Shown here: in pieces, positions 38,117 to 46,711 of the stretch | Layout of the letters: each line of letters begins with the position of its first letter | Position numbering within the stretch: position 1 is the stretch's first letter | Assembly (NCBI GenBank): GCA_035538015.1 | Contig: DATLLC010000279.1 | Coordinates: forward strand, 1 to 57,392 | DNA from: Vicinamibacterales bacterium | Lineage (GTDB): Bacteria > Acidobacteriota > Vicinamibacteria > Vicinamibacterales > UBA2999 | Length of the DNA: 57,392 nucleotides | Reading direction: 5' to 3' | Position numbers and translations under genes: made by a program | Notes under the pieces: generated by a model | Told to the model about the DNA's origin: nothing | Databases searched by the model: none | What the model saw: only the letters and a program-made list of their open reading frames with translations

Positions 38117-40442
38117 ACCCACCCCCGCATCGCGCGTCCCGGCCGGCCTCCTCGCCGCGGGCACACCGGTGCCCCTCGAGGGCGTCTCGGTGAACGCCCT
38201 CGTCACCAGCGCGAGCGCGCGCGTGACGATCGCCCAGCGCTATCGAAACCAGGAGCGACAGCCGATCGAGGCGGTCTACGTGTTCCCGCTGGACGAAGGC
38301 GCGGCCGTCTGCGGCTTCGAGGCCGTCACCAGCGGGGTGCACTACGTCGGCGAGGTCAGGCCGCGGGACGAGGCATTCAGGGTCTATGACGAGGCGCTGC
38401 TGGCCGGCCACGGGGCCTACCTGCTCGATGAAGAGCGGCCCGACGTGTTCACCGCCAGCATCGGCAACCTCCCGCCCGGCGCCGAGGTGCTGATCAGGCT
38501 CACCTACGTCACCGAGCTTGCCACCGAGGGGAACGCCCTCCGCTTCACGCTCCCGACCACCGTGTCACCCCGCTACGCGCCACACGAGGACCGCGTCGGC
38601 ATCGGCCGCTCGCCAGACACGACGCTGAACCCACCCGTGGCCTGGCGCGTACCCTACGGCCTGGATCTCACGATCGCGCTCGACCTGCCGGGCGCCATCA
38701 CCCGCGTCGAGTCGCCATCGCACCCGATTGGCCTGACGCTCGATGGCGCGCGCGCCACCGTCACCCTGGCGCAGACGAAGGCGGCGCTGGACCGCGATGT
38801 AGTGGTGCTCATCGAGGCCCAGGGGCTCGACGCGCCGCACGCCATCGTCGAAACCACCGCGAGCGGGGAGCAGACGGCAGTAGTCGTCTTCCAGCCCAGA
38901 CTCGAGGCGGCGCTGGCTCCAGCCGACGTCGTCTTCGTCGTGGATCGATCCGGTTCGATGAAAGGAACGTCGATCGAGGAAGTCCGCAACGCTCTGCAGC
39001 TCTGCCTGCGCTCACTCGTCCCCGGCTCGCGCTTCGACATCGTCGGCTTCGGCGACCGGTTCGTGTCGTTGTTCGGCAATAGCGTCCCGTACGACGAGAC
39101 CACGCTGGCCCGGGCGGCGGAACACGTCGCCCTGCTCCAGGCCGACCTGGGCGGCACCGAGATCCTGCCGACCCTGCAGGCGGTGTTCGACCGTCCGCGA
39201 TCGGAGCTGCCCCGCCAGCTGGTCATCTTCACAGACGGCGAGGTCACTAACACCGATGCGGTGCTCGCGCTCATCGGCCGGCAGGCGTCCCACTCGCGCG
39301 TGTTCACGTTCGGGATCGGCCGCGGCGCCAGCGCACACCTCGTCCGCGGCATGGCGCGGGCCGGCCACGGCGCCGCGGAGCTCATCTACGCCGGCGAGCG
39401 GCTCGAGGCGAAGGTGCTGCGGCAGTTTTCGCGGGTGATGACCCCGGCCCTCACCGACGTCACCGTCGATTGGAGCGGCCTCGCGATCCGCACCGCCCCG
39501 ACCATCGCCCCGGCGGTGTTCGCCGGTGGACGCGTGCTGGTCTATGCGTGGCTGAGGGACGCGAGGCCGGGAACGGTCACGCTGTCGGCACGCGGCCCGC
39601 GCGGGACCGTGTCCCACACCGTGACCATCGATCCAGGTCGCGCCGCGGCAGGGACAACCGTGGCCAGCCTGGCCGCACGGACCCGCATCCGGGAACTCGA
39701 GGAAGGCCAGGAATGGCTCGCGCGCCGCGGATCGCAACAGATCGAGCGGCACGCCGGTCAAGTCCGTGAGGAAATCGTTCGCCTCGCTTGTGCCTATCAC
39801 CTGGCGTCGCGGGAGACATCGTTCATCGCGGTGGAGCAGCGCGAAGTGCCCGTCGAGGGCGAGGTGCAGCTCCTCCGGATTCCCGTGGCGCTGACCAGCG
39901 GATGGGGAGGCGTCGATGAACAACCGCGCGTGGGGGGGAACATATTGGCCCTCCACGTTCAGGACTGGGACGCGACCAACGACGCTCCTGGAGTCCAATT
40001 CCTGCGCCGGTCCGAAGCGGCCTATCCACCTCCAAAGTCAACCGGGGCCTCTCAGCTCGCTCTGCGCGTGGGGCGCAGCCTGCGCGAGCCCTTCAGTAGA
40101 GAGAGCCCTGGGCAGAGGGCCGCGCGACCTCCGCTCGACGCGGTGGTCGCTCTTCAGCGTGCCGACGGCTCGTGGGAGCTGACCGAGAAGCTCGCGAGAG
40201 CGGTCGGCGTGGAGTGGACGCACCTCACCTCTGCGTCCGCCGAGGTGAGCGGCACCCCCGACCACGGTCGCATCTGGGCCACGATGGTGGCACTGGCGTG
40301 GCTGGCTCGACACGCGGACGAGTCGCGCGACGAGTGGCAGCTGCTGGCGCAGAAGGCGGAGGGCTGGTTATCCGCAACGGTGCGGGATCAGGCGTCGCTG
40401 GCGCGCTGGCGGCAGGCCGCGGACGCGCTGGTCAACGCCTGA
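38103..40442 (+). CDS. Cytoplasmic VIT-domain + von Willebrand factor A (vWA) protein
   Basis: 779 aa with no signal peptide. VIT region: VNALVTSASARVTIAQRYRNQERQPIEAVYVFPLDEGAAVCGFEA...LTYVTEL. vWA region with MIDAS: VVFVVDRSGSMKGTSI. The start overlaps the MerR stop by 14 nt. Confidence 0.85.
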   Translation: MPTTEPTPASRVPAGLLAAGTPVPLEGVSVNALVTSASARVTIAQRYRNQERQPIEAVYVFPLDEGAAVCGFEAVTSGVHYVGEVRPRDEAFRVYDEALLAGHGAYLLDEERPDVFTASIGNLPPGAEVLIRLTYVTELATEGNALRFTLPTTVSPRYAPHEDRVGIGRSPDTTLNPPVAWRVPYGLDLTIALDLPGAITRVESPSHPIGLTLDGARATVTLAQTKAALDRDVVVLIEAQGLDAPHAIVETTASGEQTAVVVFQPRLEAALAPADVVFVVDRSGSMKGTSIEEVRNALQLCLRSLVPGSRFDIVGFGDRFVSLFGNSVPYDETTLARAAEHVALLQADLGGTEILPTLQAVFDRPRSELPRQLVIFTDGEVTNTDAVLALIGRQASHSRVFTFGIGRGASAHLVRGMARAGHGAAELIYAGERLEAKVLRQFSRVMTPALTDVTVDWSGLAIRTAPTIAPAVFAGGRVLVYAWLRDARPGTVTLSARGPRGTVSHTVTIDPGRAAAGTTVASLAARTRIRELEEGQEWLARRGSQQIERHAGQVREEIVRLACAYHLASRETSFIAVEQREVPVEGEVQLLRIPVALTSGWGGVDEQPRVGGNILALHVQDWDATNDAPGVQFLRRSEAAYPPPKSTGASQLALRVGRSLREPFSRESPGQRAARPPLDAVVALQRADGSWELTEKLARAVGVEWTHLTSASAEVSGTPDHGRIWATMVALAWLARHADESRDEWQLLAQKAEGWLSATVRDQASLARWRQAADALVNA

Positions 40443-40480
40443 CGCCAGGCGGCCGCTCGAATGACATCTCAGGTAACGAT

Positions 40481-40650
40481 ATCTGTTGATGTCTCGAGGT
40501 GATGATCTGGTGATCGATCGGGGCGATTTGGCGATCGACCCGATCTATCTCTCGATTTATCTGGCCCGGATAGATGCGTCAGATGATCAACCAGACCATC
40601 CGATCGCCAGGTCCATCACAATGTCACCCGATCAGGAGATCTTCAGATTA
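40481..40650 (+). repeat. Dispersed low-GC, GATC-dense 3'-flank element (longest copy)
   Basis: It starts ATCTGTTGAT, 38 nt after the TGA of 38103..40442. There are 9 GATC sites in 40504..40641. It is collinear with 49835..49920: the same 10-mer, and GATCTATCT 61 vs 59 nt downstream. Confidence 0.8.
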
Positions 40651-40665
40651 CCGATTCAGCGCTTA

Positions 40666-41172
40666 CTAGTTGGGCGGCGTCTCGGGCGCCGCGATGAAGT
40701 GCCGCGTCTGCACCTGCAGCGACCGCCTGATCTGGCGGATCGCGCCGAGGTGATAGGCCGTGTGCGCGACGATGGCGAGACTGTCGGCGACAGCAGCGTC
40801 GCTCCACGCCGGGAGTGTGTTCAGCGACGCCCGCAGCTCGTCGTACTCCAGCCGCAGCTGTGACCTCAGTGCCTCCCACTCGGCGGCGCCGACACGCTGT
40901 ACCTGCCAGCTGGCCGGCCAGTCCAGCGGCTGCTCGCGCCCGACGATGACGTTGTGATTGGCGCGCAGATAGTAGCCGAGATGCGCGCAATGCGCCGCAA
41001 TGCTCGGTGCCCCATCCCACGGCGATCGCGAGGCTACCTCGGGTGTGATCGCCTCGAGCGTCGGGAACAACCCCGCCCCTTTGTCTAGATAGTAGCTGCC
41101 GCCCTCTTCGAAGGTTTCCTGCAGCAGCGTGAAGAGGTTGGCGGTGAAGTGCTGCGGCTCGGGACGCGTCAT
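40666..41172 (-). CDS. DinB_2-like protein
   Basis: 168 aa. His-containing helices are typical of the DinB superfamily: IAAHCAHLGYYL...IVAHTAYHLGAIRQI. Confidence 0.7.
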   Translation of the reverse strand: MTRPEPQHFTANLFTLLQETFEEGGSYYLDKGAGLFPTLEAITPEVASRSPWDGAPSIAAHCAHLGYYLRANHNVIVGREQPLDWPASWQVQRVGAAEWEALRSQLRLEYDELRASLNTLPAWSDAAVADSLAIVAHTAYHLGAIRQIRRSLQVQTRHFIAAPETPPN

Positions 41173-41251
41173 GGCGTCCTAGACTGCCACAGAACGGCCG
41201 GCGTGCCCTCGCCAGAGTACAATCGCGATCACGAGCGCACCACGGGCCCTC

Positions 41252-42625
41252 ATGTCCACGAAAATCGCCAACAACATTCTCGATACGATCGGCCGCACGC
41301 CGCTCGTCCGCATCAACCGCATCACAAAAGGCAAGATTGCGGCCGACGTGCTGGCGAAGATCGAGACCTTCAATCCGGGAAACTCGATCAAGGACCGCAT
41401 GGCGGTCAAGATGATCGAGGACGCCGAGAAGGACGGCCGCCTCAAGCCCGGCGGCACGATCATCGAAGGCACCTCGGGGAATACCGGGATGGGCCTGGCC
41501 ATCGCGGCCGTGGTGAAGGGCTACAAGTGCATCTTCACCACCACCGACAAGCAGTCCAAGGAGAAGGTGGACGCCCTCCGCGCCTTCGGCGCCGAGGTCA
41601 TTGTCTGTCCCACCGACGTGGACCCGGAAGATCCTCGCTCGTACTACTCCGTCTCCTCACGCCTCGAGCGCGAGACGCCCAACAGCTGGAAAGCCAACCA
41701 GTACGACAACCCGTCCAATGCCCAGGCCCATTACGAGCAGACCGGGCCTGAAATCTGGGACCAGACCGACGGCAGGGTCGATCACCTTGTCGTCGGCGTC
41801 GGCACCGGCGGCACGATCTGCGGCGTCGGCAAGTTCCTCAAGGAGCGGAAGCCGTCGGTCAAGGTCTGGGGCATCGACACCTACGGCTCGGTGTTCAAGA
41901 AGTACAAGGAGACGGGGGTCCTCGACAAGAACGAGATCTACCCATACATCACCGAGGGCATCGGCGAGGACTTCCTCCCGAAGAACGTGGACTTCTCGAT
42001 CATCGATCACTTCGAGAAGGTGACCGATCGCGATGCTGCGATCATGACCAGCCGCATCGCCCGTGAGGAGGGCATCTTCGCCGGCAATTCGGCCGGATCC
42101 GCGATGGCCGGACTGCTGCAGCTCGCGGATCGGTTCAAGCCCCGCGAAACGGTCGTGGTGATCTTCCACGACCATGGCACGCGCTACCTGGGCAAGATGT
42201 ACAACCCGGACTGGATGCGCGAGAAGGGGTTCCTCGACAAGAAGGGCCTCACCGCGAAGGACCTGGTGGCGGATCGCCAGAAGGCGCCGCTGACGACCAT
42301 CGAATGCAACCAGCCGGTGGCGCAGGCCGCGCATCTGATGACCGAGCACGCCTACTCGCAGCTCCCGGTGCGAGCCGGCGGTCGGCTCGTCGGCTCGGTG
42401 AGCGAGAGCCACCTGTTCGGCGAAATCGTGAAGAACCCGGAACTATTGAAGGGGCCGGTCGAGGCCATCATGGAGCCGGCGATCCCGTTCGCCGACATCT
42501 CGACTGGTCTGGACGCGCTGGCCGGCATGCTGACGGACCAGAGCCCCGCCGTGCTCGTGCGGGACTTCAAGAGCGACGAGACGTACATCATCACGCGGTG
42601 GGACGTCATCAGGGCGCTCAGCTAG
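41252..42625 (+). CDS. Cystathionine beta-synthase (PLP CysK/CysM fold + C-terminal CBS pair)
   Basis: 457 aa. PLP-lysine region FNPGNSIKDRMA, GTSGNTGMGLA, GVGTGGTICG, then two CBS repeats at the C-terminus. Confidence 0.9.
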   Translation: MSTKIANNILDTIGRTPLVRINRITKGKIAADVLAKIETFNPGNSIKDRMAVKMIEDAEKDGRLKPGGTIIEGTSGNTGMGLAIAAVVKGYKCIFTTTDKQSKEKVDALRAFGAEVIVCPTDVDPEDPRSYYSVSSRLERETPNSWKANQYDNPSNAQAHYEQTGPEIWDQTDGRVDHLVVGVGTGGTICGVGKFLKERKPSVKVWGIDTYGSVFKKYKETGVLDKNEIYPYITEGIGEDFLPKNVDFSIIDHFEKVTDRDAAIMTSRIAREEGIFAGNSAGSAMAGLLQLADRFKPRETVVVIFHDHGTRYLGKMYNPDWMREKGFLDKKGLTAKDLVADRQKAPLTTIECNQPVAQAAHLMTEHAYSQLPVRAGGRLVGSVSESHLFGEIVKNPELLKGPVEAIMEPAIPFADISTGLDALAGMLTDQSPAVLVRDFKSDETYIITRWDVIRALS

Positions 42626-42633
42626 AGCCACGT

Positions 42634-42775
42634 GGGTTCAAAGCACGGCGGGTTCAAAGCACGGGGGGTTCAAAGCACGGCGGGTTCAAAGCACGGTGGG
42701 TTCAAAGCACGGGGGTTCAAAGCACGGGGGTTCAATGCACGGTGGGTTCAATGCACGGGGGGTTCACAGCACGAG
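42634..42775 (+). repeat. Tandem array, 9 copies of a 15-17-nt unit GGGTTCAAAGCACGG(N0-2)
   Basis: Read directly from the sequence. The last three units drift (GGGTTCAATGCACGG twice, then GGTTCACAGCACGAG). The array begins 9 nt after TAG 42625 and ends 15 nt before the TACAAT box at 42791. Confidence 0.95.
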
Positions 42776-42790
42776 ATGCCTGTCACGGCC

Positions 42791-42796
42791 TACAAT
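42791..42796 (+). promoter_or_regulatory. -10-like box TACAAT 6 nt upstream of ATG 42803
   Basis: TACAAT-GGCCGG-ATG, with no SD. Confidence 0.45.
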
Positions 42797-42802
42797 GGCC
42801 GG

Positions 42803-44254
42803 ATGACTGAGCGATTCGTGAAGACTGCGGCGATCGTCGCGACCTCTGCGGCGCTGACCGCGTCGCTCGCGTGGGCGCAGGAGACGCAGACCGAGCGCGA
42901 AGCGGCCAAGGACGTGCTCCAGAAGATGGCCACCCTCGAGAAGTCCCTCGATGTGCCGTCGATGGTCGCCAGACTTTCGACCACGAGCGCCACACGCGAT
43001 GCGGTGGCTGCGCGCGCCAAGCAGTTGCTGGACACGGAGCTTCTCGCGCTCTCGGACGACATCTGCACGCACCCGGAGATCGGCTACAAGGAGACGCGGT
43101 CGGTGCAGAAGCTCGTCGAGGCGCTGAAGAAGCACAACTTCGGCGTCGAGGTGGGCGTCGGGGGCTTCGAGACGGCGTTCGTGGCCCGCTACCGAGGCGG
43201 CGGCGGCGGCCGGCCGCAGATGGGCGTGATCGTGGAATACGACGCGCTCCGTGGCACCAACGGCGCGTTTCACGGCGACCAGCACTGTTCGCAGGGGCCG
43301 ATTGGCCTTGCCGCGGCGGTGGCCATCGGCGAGTTCCTGGACAAGGCGGGGCTTCCGGGCACGGTCACCGTCTTCGGCACCCCGGCCGAGGAGCTGCTCG
43401 AGCCCTCGGCCAAGGCGACGATGCACAAGAACCACGTGTTCGACGGCATGGACGTCATCGTCCGCAGCCATGCAAGCACGAACACGTCGAGGCCGGCCCC
43501 CGGCTTCGGCACCTGTTGCCTCAACATCGACGGCGTGAAGTACACCTTCAGCGGCGCGCCGGCCCACCAGATGACCGCCTGGAACGGACGGAACGCCCTC
43601 ACCGCGGTCATGAAGCTCTTCGACAACATCGACGGCGTGCGCAGCAACATGCGTCCCGAAGCGCGGATCCAAGGCGTGATTACCGAAGGAGGCGCGGCGC
43701 CCAACGTGGTGCCCGATCGCACGCAGGCGGACTTCTACATTCGCTATCCGGACGAGGTCTACCTGAAGCAGGTGCGCGAGTTCGTCGACAATGCCGCGAA
43801 GGCGGCCGCCCTGGCGACGGGGACGAAGGTGAAGATCGACAACTACGGCAGCAACCGCGACGGCATCTCGGTCGCGACACTGGCGGAGCTGGCGTTCACC
43901 TACATGAAGCAATACGGCGGCGGCAAAGTGCTGGACGCTCCAGGCAAGCCGCAGGGCTTCGAGGAGAGCGGGAGCGTGTCGCGCGACATTCCCGGCATCG
44001 GCTTTGCGGCCTATACGTCCGACTGGCCGAACCACACTTACGAAATGGAGCAGGACAACCTGAAACCGGTCGGGCACAAGGGCTTCACGGTCCAGGCCCA
44101 GGCCATGGCGGCGCTGCTCCACGACTTTGCGACCAACGAGGGCTACCGAGCCGCCGTGGAAAAGGAGTTCGCAGGCATCAGGGGGCTGTTCGGCGAGTAC
44201 CTGCAGGCCCTGGAGACGGTCTATCAGGTGCCGAAGGTTGCCGACCCGAAGTAA
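42803..44254 (+). CDS. M20-family amidohydrolase (AbgB / aminobenzoyl-glutamate utilisation-like), secreted
   Basis: I chose the internal ATG at 42803 (MTERFVKTAAIVATSAALTASLAWAQ, a signal peptide). The translation upstream of it is just the repeat array. The core is ICTHPEIGYKE...VEYDAL...HGDQHCSQG...FGTPAEE...GGAAPNVVPD. Confidence 0.8.
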   Translation: MTERFVKTAAIVATSAALTASLAWAQETQTEREAAKDVLQKMATLEKSLDVPSMVARLSTTSATRDAVAARAKQLLDTELLALSDDICTHPEIGYKETRSVQKLVEALKKHNFGVEVGVGGFETAFVARYRGGGGGRPQMGVIVEYDALRGTNGAFHGDQHCSQGPIGLAAAVAIGEFLDKAGLPGTVTVFGTPAEELLEPSAKATMHKNHVFDGMDVIVRSHASTNTSRPAPGFGTCCLNIDGVKYTFSGAPAHQMTAWNGRNALTAVMKLFDNIDGVRSNMRPEARIQGVITEGGAAPNVVPDRTQADFYIRYPDEVYLKQVREFVDNAAKAAALATGTKVKIDNYGSNRDGISVATLAELAFTYMKQYGGGKVLDAPGKPQGFEESGSVSRDIPGIGFAAYTSDWPNHTYEMEQDNLKPVGHKGFTVQAQAMAALLHDFATNEGYRAAVEKEFAGIRGLFGEYLQALETVYQVPKVADPK

Positions 44255-44394
44255 CGGACTCGGTCAATGGCCGCTCCGATATTCGGCGCAATGCCAAGAC
44301 CACGCCTCTCGTTCGTGCTGGTAACCGGGGGCGGCACGGCCGTGTCGAACGAACTTGGTCGTGATGGTGCCGTAGGCGTCCCGGCCGGCGGCGA

Positions 44395-44400
44395 TAGAAT
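44395..44400 (+). promoter_or_regulatory. -10-like box TAGAAT 5 nt upstream of GTG 44406
   Basis: TAGAAT-GGGCC-GTG, with no SD. Confidence 0.4.
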
Positions 44401-44405
44401 GGGCC

Positions 44406-44870
44406 GTGCTCGACTACCATCGCCGCATGCTCGCGTTCGACCACTGGGCCAACGTGGTGTCACTGGATGCGGTGGGACCGGTGGTCGAGCGGGTGCCGAA
44501 GTCGCTCGCCTGGCTCAATCACATCCTCGGTGCCAAGCGCATCTGGCTGGCACGCGTGACCGGCACGCCGATGCCGTTTGGGGTGAACCCAACGTTCAGC
44601 GCCACCGAGCTACGCCAGGAGTTCGAGGCCGCAGGCGAGGGGTGGGAGCAATTCCTCGGCACCCAGACGAATGGCGACATGGTTCGCGTGATCCAGTACA
44701 CGAACCTCAAGGGCGACCCATTCCGGACCCCGCTCGCCGACATCCTCGCGCACGTGCCGATCCACGGCCAGCACCACCGCGGCCAGATCAATGCCGACCT
44801 GCGCGCCGCCGGCATCGCCCCTCCGGTCATCGACTTCATTCACGCCGCCCGCTCCGGACTGCTGGACTGA
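44406..44870 (+). CDS. DinB-family protein
   Basis: 154 aa. LDYHRRMLAFDHWAN...LNHILGAKRIWL...ILAHVPIHGQHHRGQI. Confidence 0.8.
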   Translation: MLDYHRRMLAFDHWANVVSLDAVGPVVERVPKSLAWLNHILGAKRIWLARVTGTPMPFGVNPTFSATELRQEFEAAGEGWEQFLGTQTNGDMVRVIQYTNLKGDPFRTPLADILAHVPIHGQHHRGQINADLRAAGIAPPVIDFIHAARSGLLD

Positions 44871-44875
44871 GGACA

Positions 44876-44975
44876 CCATAGATCGACCGGTCGATCAATC
44901 GATAGATCACCGCCTCACCAGATCTCCAGATCGATCAAGACATCACCAGATCAGAAGATCATCAGATTCGCCTAT
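44876..44975 (-). repeat. Dispersed GATC-dense 3'-flank element, inverted copy directly after the MFS gene stop
   Basis: The reverse complement reads (TAG)ATAGGCGAATCTGATGATCTTCTGATCTGGTGATGTCTTGATCGATC... For comparison, after TAG 49826 the sequence reads GCACAGGAGCGAATCTGTTGATCTCTTGATGTGAGGATC... There are 8 GATC sites in 44881..44960. Confidence 0.75.
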
Positions 44976-46226
44976 CTATCCCAACTCCCTCCCCCTTGTT
45001 TCCGGCCCCAGCCACAACAGAATCAATACCGCAATGCCCGCGCCGCCGATGCATCGAAGCATCGCCGATCGAAGGTCCAGGCCCCCGTCCTGCATCGCCC
45101 CGATCAGATAGGGACCGAGCGCACCGATGCCGACCCCGACGTGGTAGGCGAAGCCGGTCCCCACACCGCGCGCTTCGGTCGGGAAGCGTTCCGAAAGGTA
45201 ACCGGGAACAATCCCCCATGCGCCGGAGGCCATGAACCCGATCAACCAGGCGCCAGCGAGGAGCCCGGGGGCGGACGGGGAGAAGAGATAGAGTGGCGCG
45301 GAGGCGAGGCCGAGCGCGACCCCCAGCGTCGCGGCCCCTCGTCGGCCACCTCGCCACTCCGACAACGCGCCGAATGCCACCGACCCGATCAGGCCGCCGG
45401 CGTTCAACAGGATCAGGAACACAAGTGGCTGCTGCTTCAACTGCGTCAGCAGCGTCGGATACCAGAATGTGGTGCTCTGGTACATGAAGACGAAGCCGCC
45501 CATCAGGAGCGAGGTGTGCAGCGTGACCGCCCTCAGGTCGGCGTCGAACAGGCGCGCGAGCGACAGGCGCGGCGACGCGCCGGTCGCGGACCGTGCGCGC
45601 TGCTGTTCGAGCCACACGGGGCTCTCCGGCACCCGGCGCATCGCGAAGAAAATCAGGATGCCGGGGATGACTCCCGCCCAGAGCATGAAGCGCCAGGCCC
45701 ACTCCGGCCGATCGCTGATGAGCGGGTAGCCGAGCTGGTAGACGAGGGAGGAGAGCAGGAAGCCGGCCGAGTAGCCGCCCTGCAGGATGCCCGAGGCAAT
45801 GCCGCGAAAGCGGGCGGGCCACTGCTCCAGCGCCAGCGGCATCCCGGCGGCCCACATCCCGCCCATGCCGATGCCGAACAGCCCCCGGAAGGCGAACAGC
45901 ATCACGTAGGTGGTGGAGAGCCCGCTCAGGAACGCGAACACCGTGTACCAGGCGATCGAGAAGAGGATCGGCCCTTTCCGCCCGTAGCGATCCGCGGCGG
46001 TGCCGGCGCCGATGCCGCCGAACATCCGGAACAGCAGGGTCACGGTGCCGAGCGCCCCCGCGAGCGCGCGGTTTACCGAGAAACTCTGCTGGATGTCGAT
46101 GAGAACGAAGGTGAGGATGGTGAAGTCGAACGAGTCGAGCGTCCAGGCCGTGAACGTCGTCAGGAACGTCTTCCACTGTTGGCCGGTGACCTGGCGATAC
46201 CACGGAGCGTCGGGCGAAACCGTCAT
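44976..46226 (-). CDS. MFS transporter
   Basis: 416 aa with about 12 TM segments. MFS motif A is present: GTAADRYGRKGP. Confidence 0.85.
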   Translation of the reverse strand: MTVSPDAPWYRQVTGQQWKTFLTTFTAWTLDSFDFTILTFVLIDIQQSFSVNRALAGALGTVTLLFRMFGGIGAGTAADRYGRKGPILFSIAWYTVFAFLSGLSTTYVMLFAFRGLFGIGMGGMWAAGMPLALEQWPARFRGIASGILQGGYSAGFLLSSLVYQLGYPLISDRPEWAWRFMLWAGVIPGILIFFAMRRVPESPVWLEQQRARSATGASPRLSLARLFDADLRAVTLHTSLLMGGFVFMYQSTTFWYPTLLTQLKQQPLVFLILLNAGGLIGSVAFGALSEWRGGRRGAATLGVALGLASAPLYLFSPSAPGLLAGAWLIGFMASGAWGIVPGYLSERFPTEARGVGTGFAYHVGVGIGALGPYLIGAMQDGGLDLRSAMLRCIGGAGIAVLILLWLGPETRGRELG

Positions 46227-46249
46227 CGTCGAGCTTCAGTGTACTCGGA

Positions 46250-46255
46250 TAGAAT
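46250..46255 (+). promoter_or_regulatory. -10-like box TAGAAT 7 nt upstream of ATG 46263
   Basis: TAGAAT-CGCCGCC-ATG, with no SD. Confidence 0.4.
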
Positions 46256-46262
46256 CGCCGCC

Positions 46263-46703
46263 ATGGCGCTCTGGCGGCTGATCCTCGCGTTGATCGCCCT
46301 CACCTATGCGGGATTCGGGTTCATCTTCCTCTTCAACCCGGATGCCTGGGGCACGACGTTGTCGATCGCGTTCACCTCGCCGGCGGGCCGCACCGATTTT
46401 CGGGCGGTGTACGGCGGGCTCGAATTCGGCGTTGGTATCTTCCTGCTGCTGTGCGTGCTGCGCCGGGAGTTCGTGCGCATCGGGCTCTTCGCGAGCGCGT
46501 GCGCGCTGGTTGCGATGGCCACCGCCCGGTCCACGGGCCTGCTCCTCGACGGATTCGATTTCCTGCAGGCGTTCGTCGTCCTCACCGAGTGGATCGGGGG
46601 GGCCGTCGCTACCTGGGGGGCATTGATGGCCAAGCCGGAGCGTGATTCCGTGCCGACGCCGCTCCAGGATCCAACCCCCGACAGACCGCCGCCCGCCGCG
46701 TGA
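46263..46703 (+). CDS. Small 4-TM membrane protein (DUF4345-like)
   Basis: These are the C-terminal 146 aa of ORF 45141..46703, starting MALWRLILALIALTYAGFGFIFLFNP. The upstream part of that ORF is antisense to the MFS gene. Confidence 0.6.
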   Translation: MALWRLILALIALTYAGFGFIFLFNPDAWGTTLSIAFTSPAGRTDFRAVYGGLEFGVGIFLLLCVLRREFVRIGLFASACALVAMATARSTGLLLDGFDFLQAFVVLTEWIGGAVATWGALMAKPERDSVPTPLQDPTPDRPPPAA

Positions 46704-46711
46704 GGTACTCG

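Noticed and set aside
42632-42802. The N-terminal extension of the M20 ORF translated as GFKARG repeats
   Set aside because: It is merely the 15-17-nt tandem array read in frame. The signal peptide begins at ATG 42803, right after a -10 box.
45141-46262. The N-terminal 374 codons of ORF 45141..46703
   Set aside because: This part is antisense to the MFS transporter and compositionally non-coding. Only the last 146 codons (from ATG 46263, preceded by TAGAAT) form a plausible 4-TM protein.
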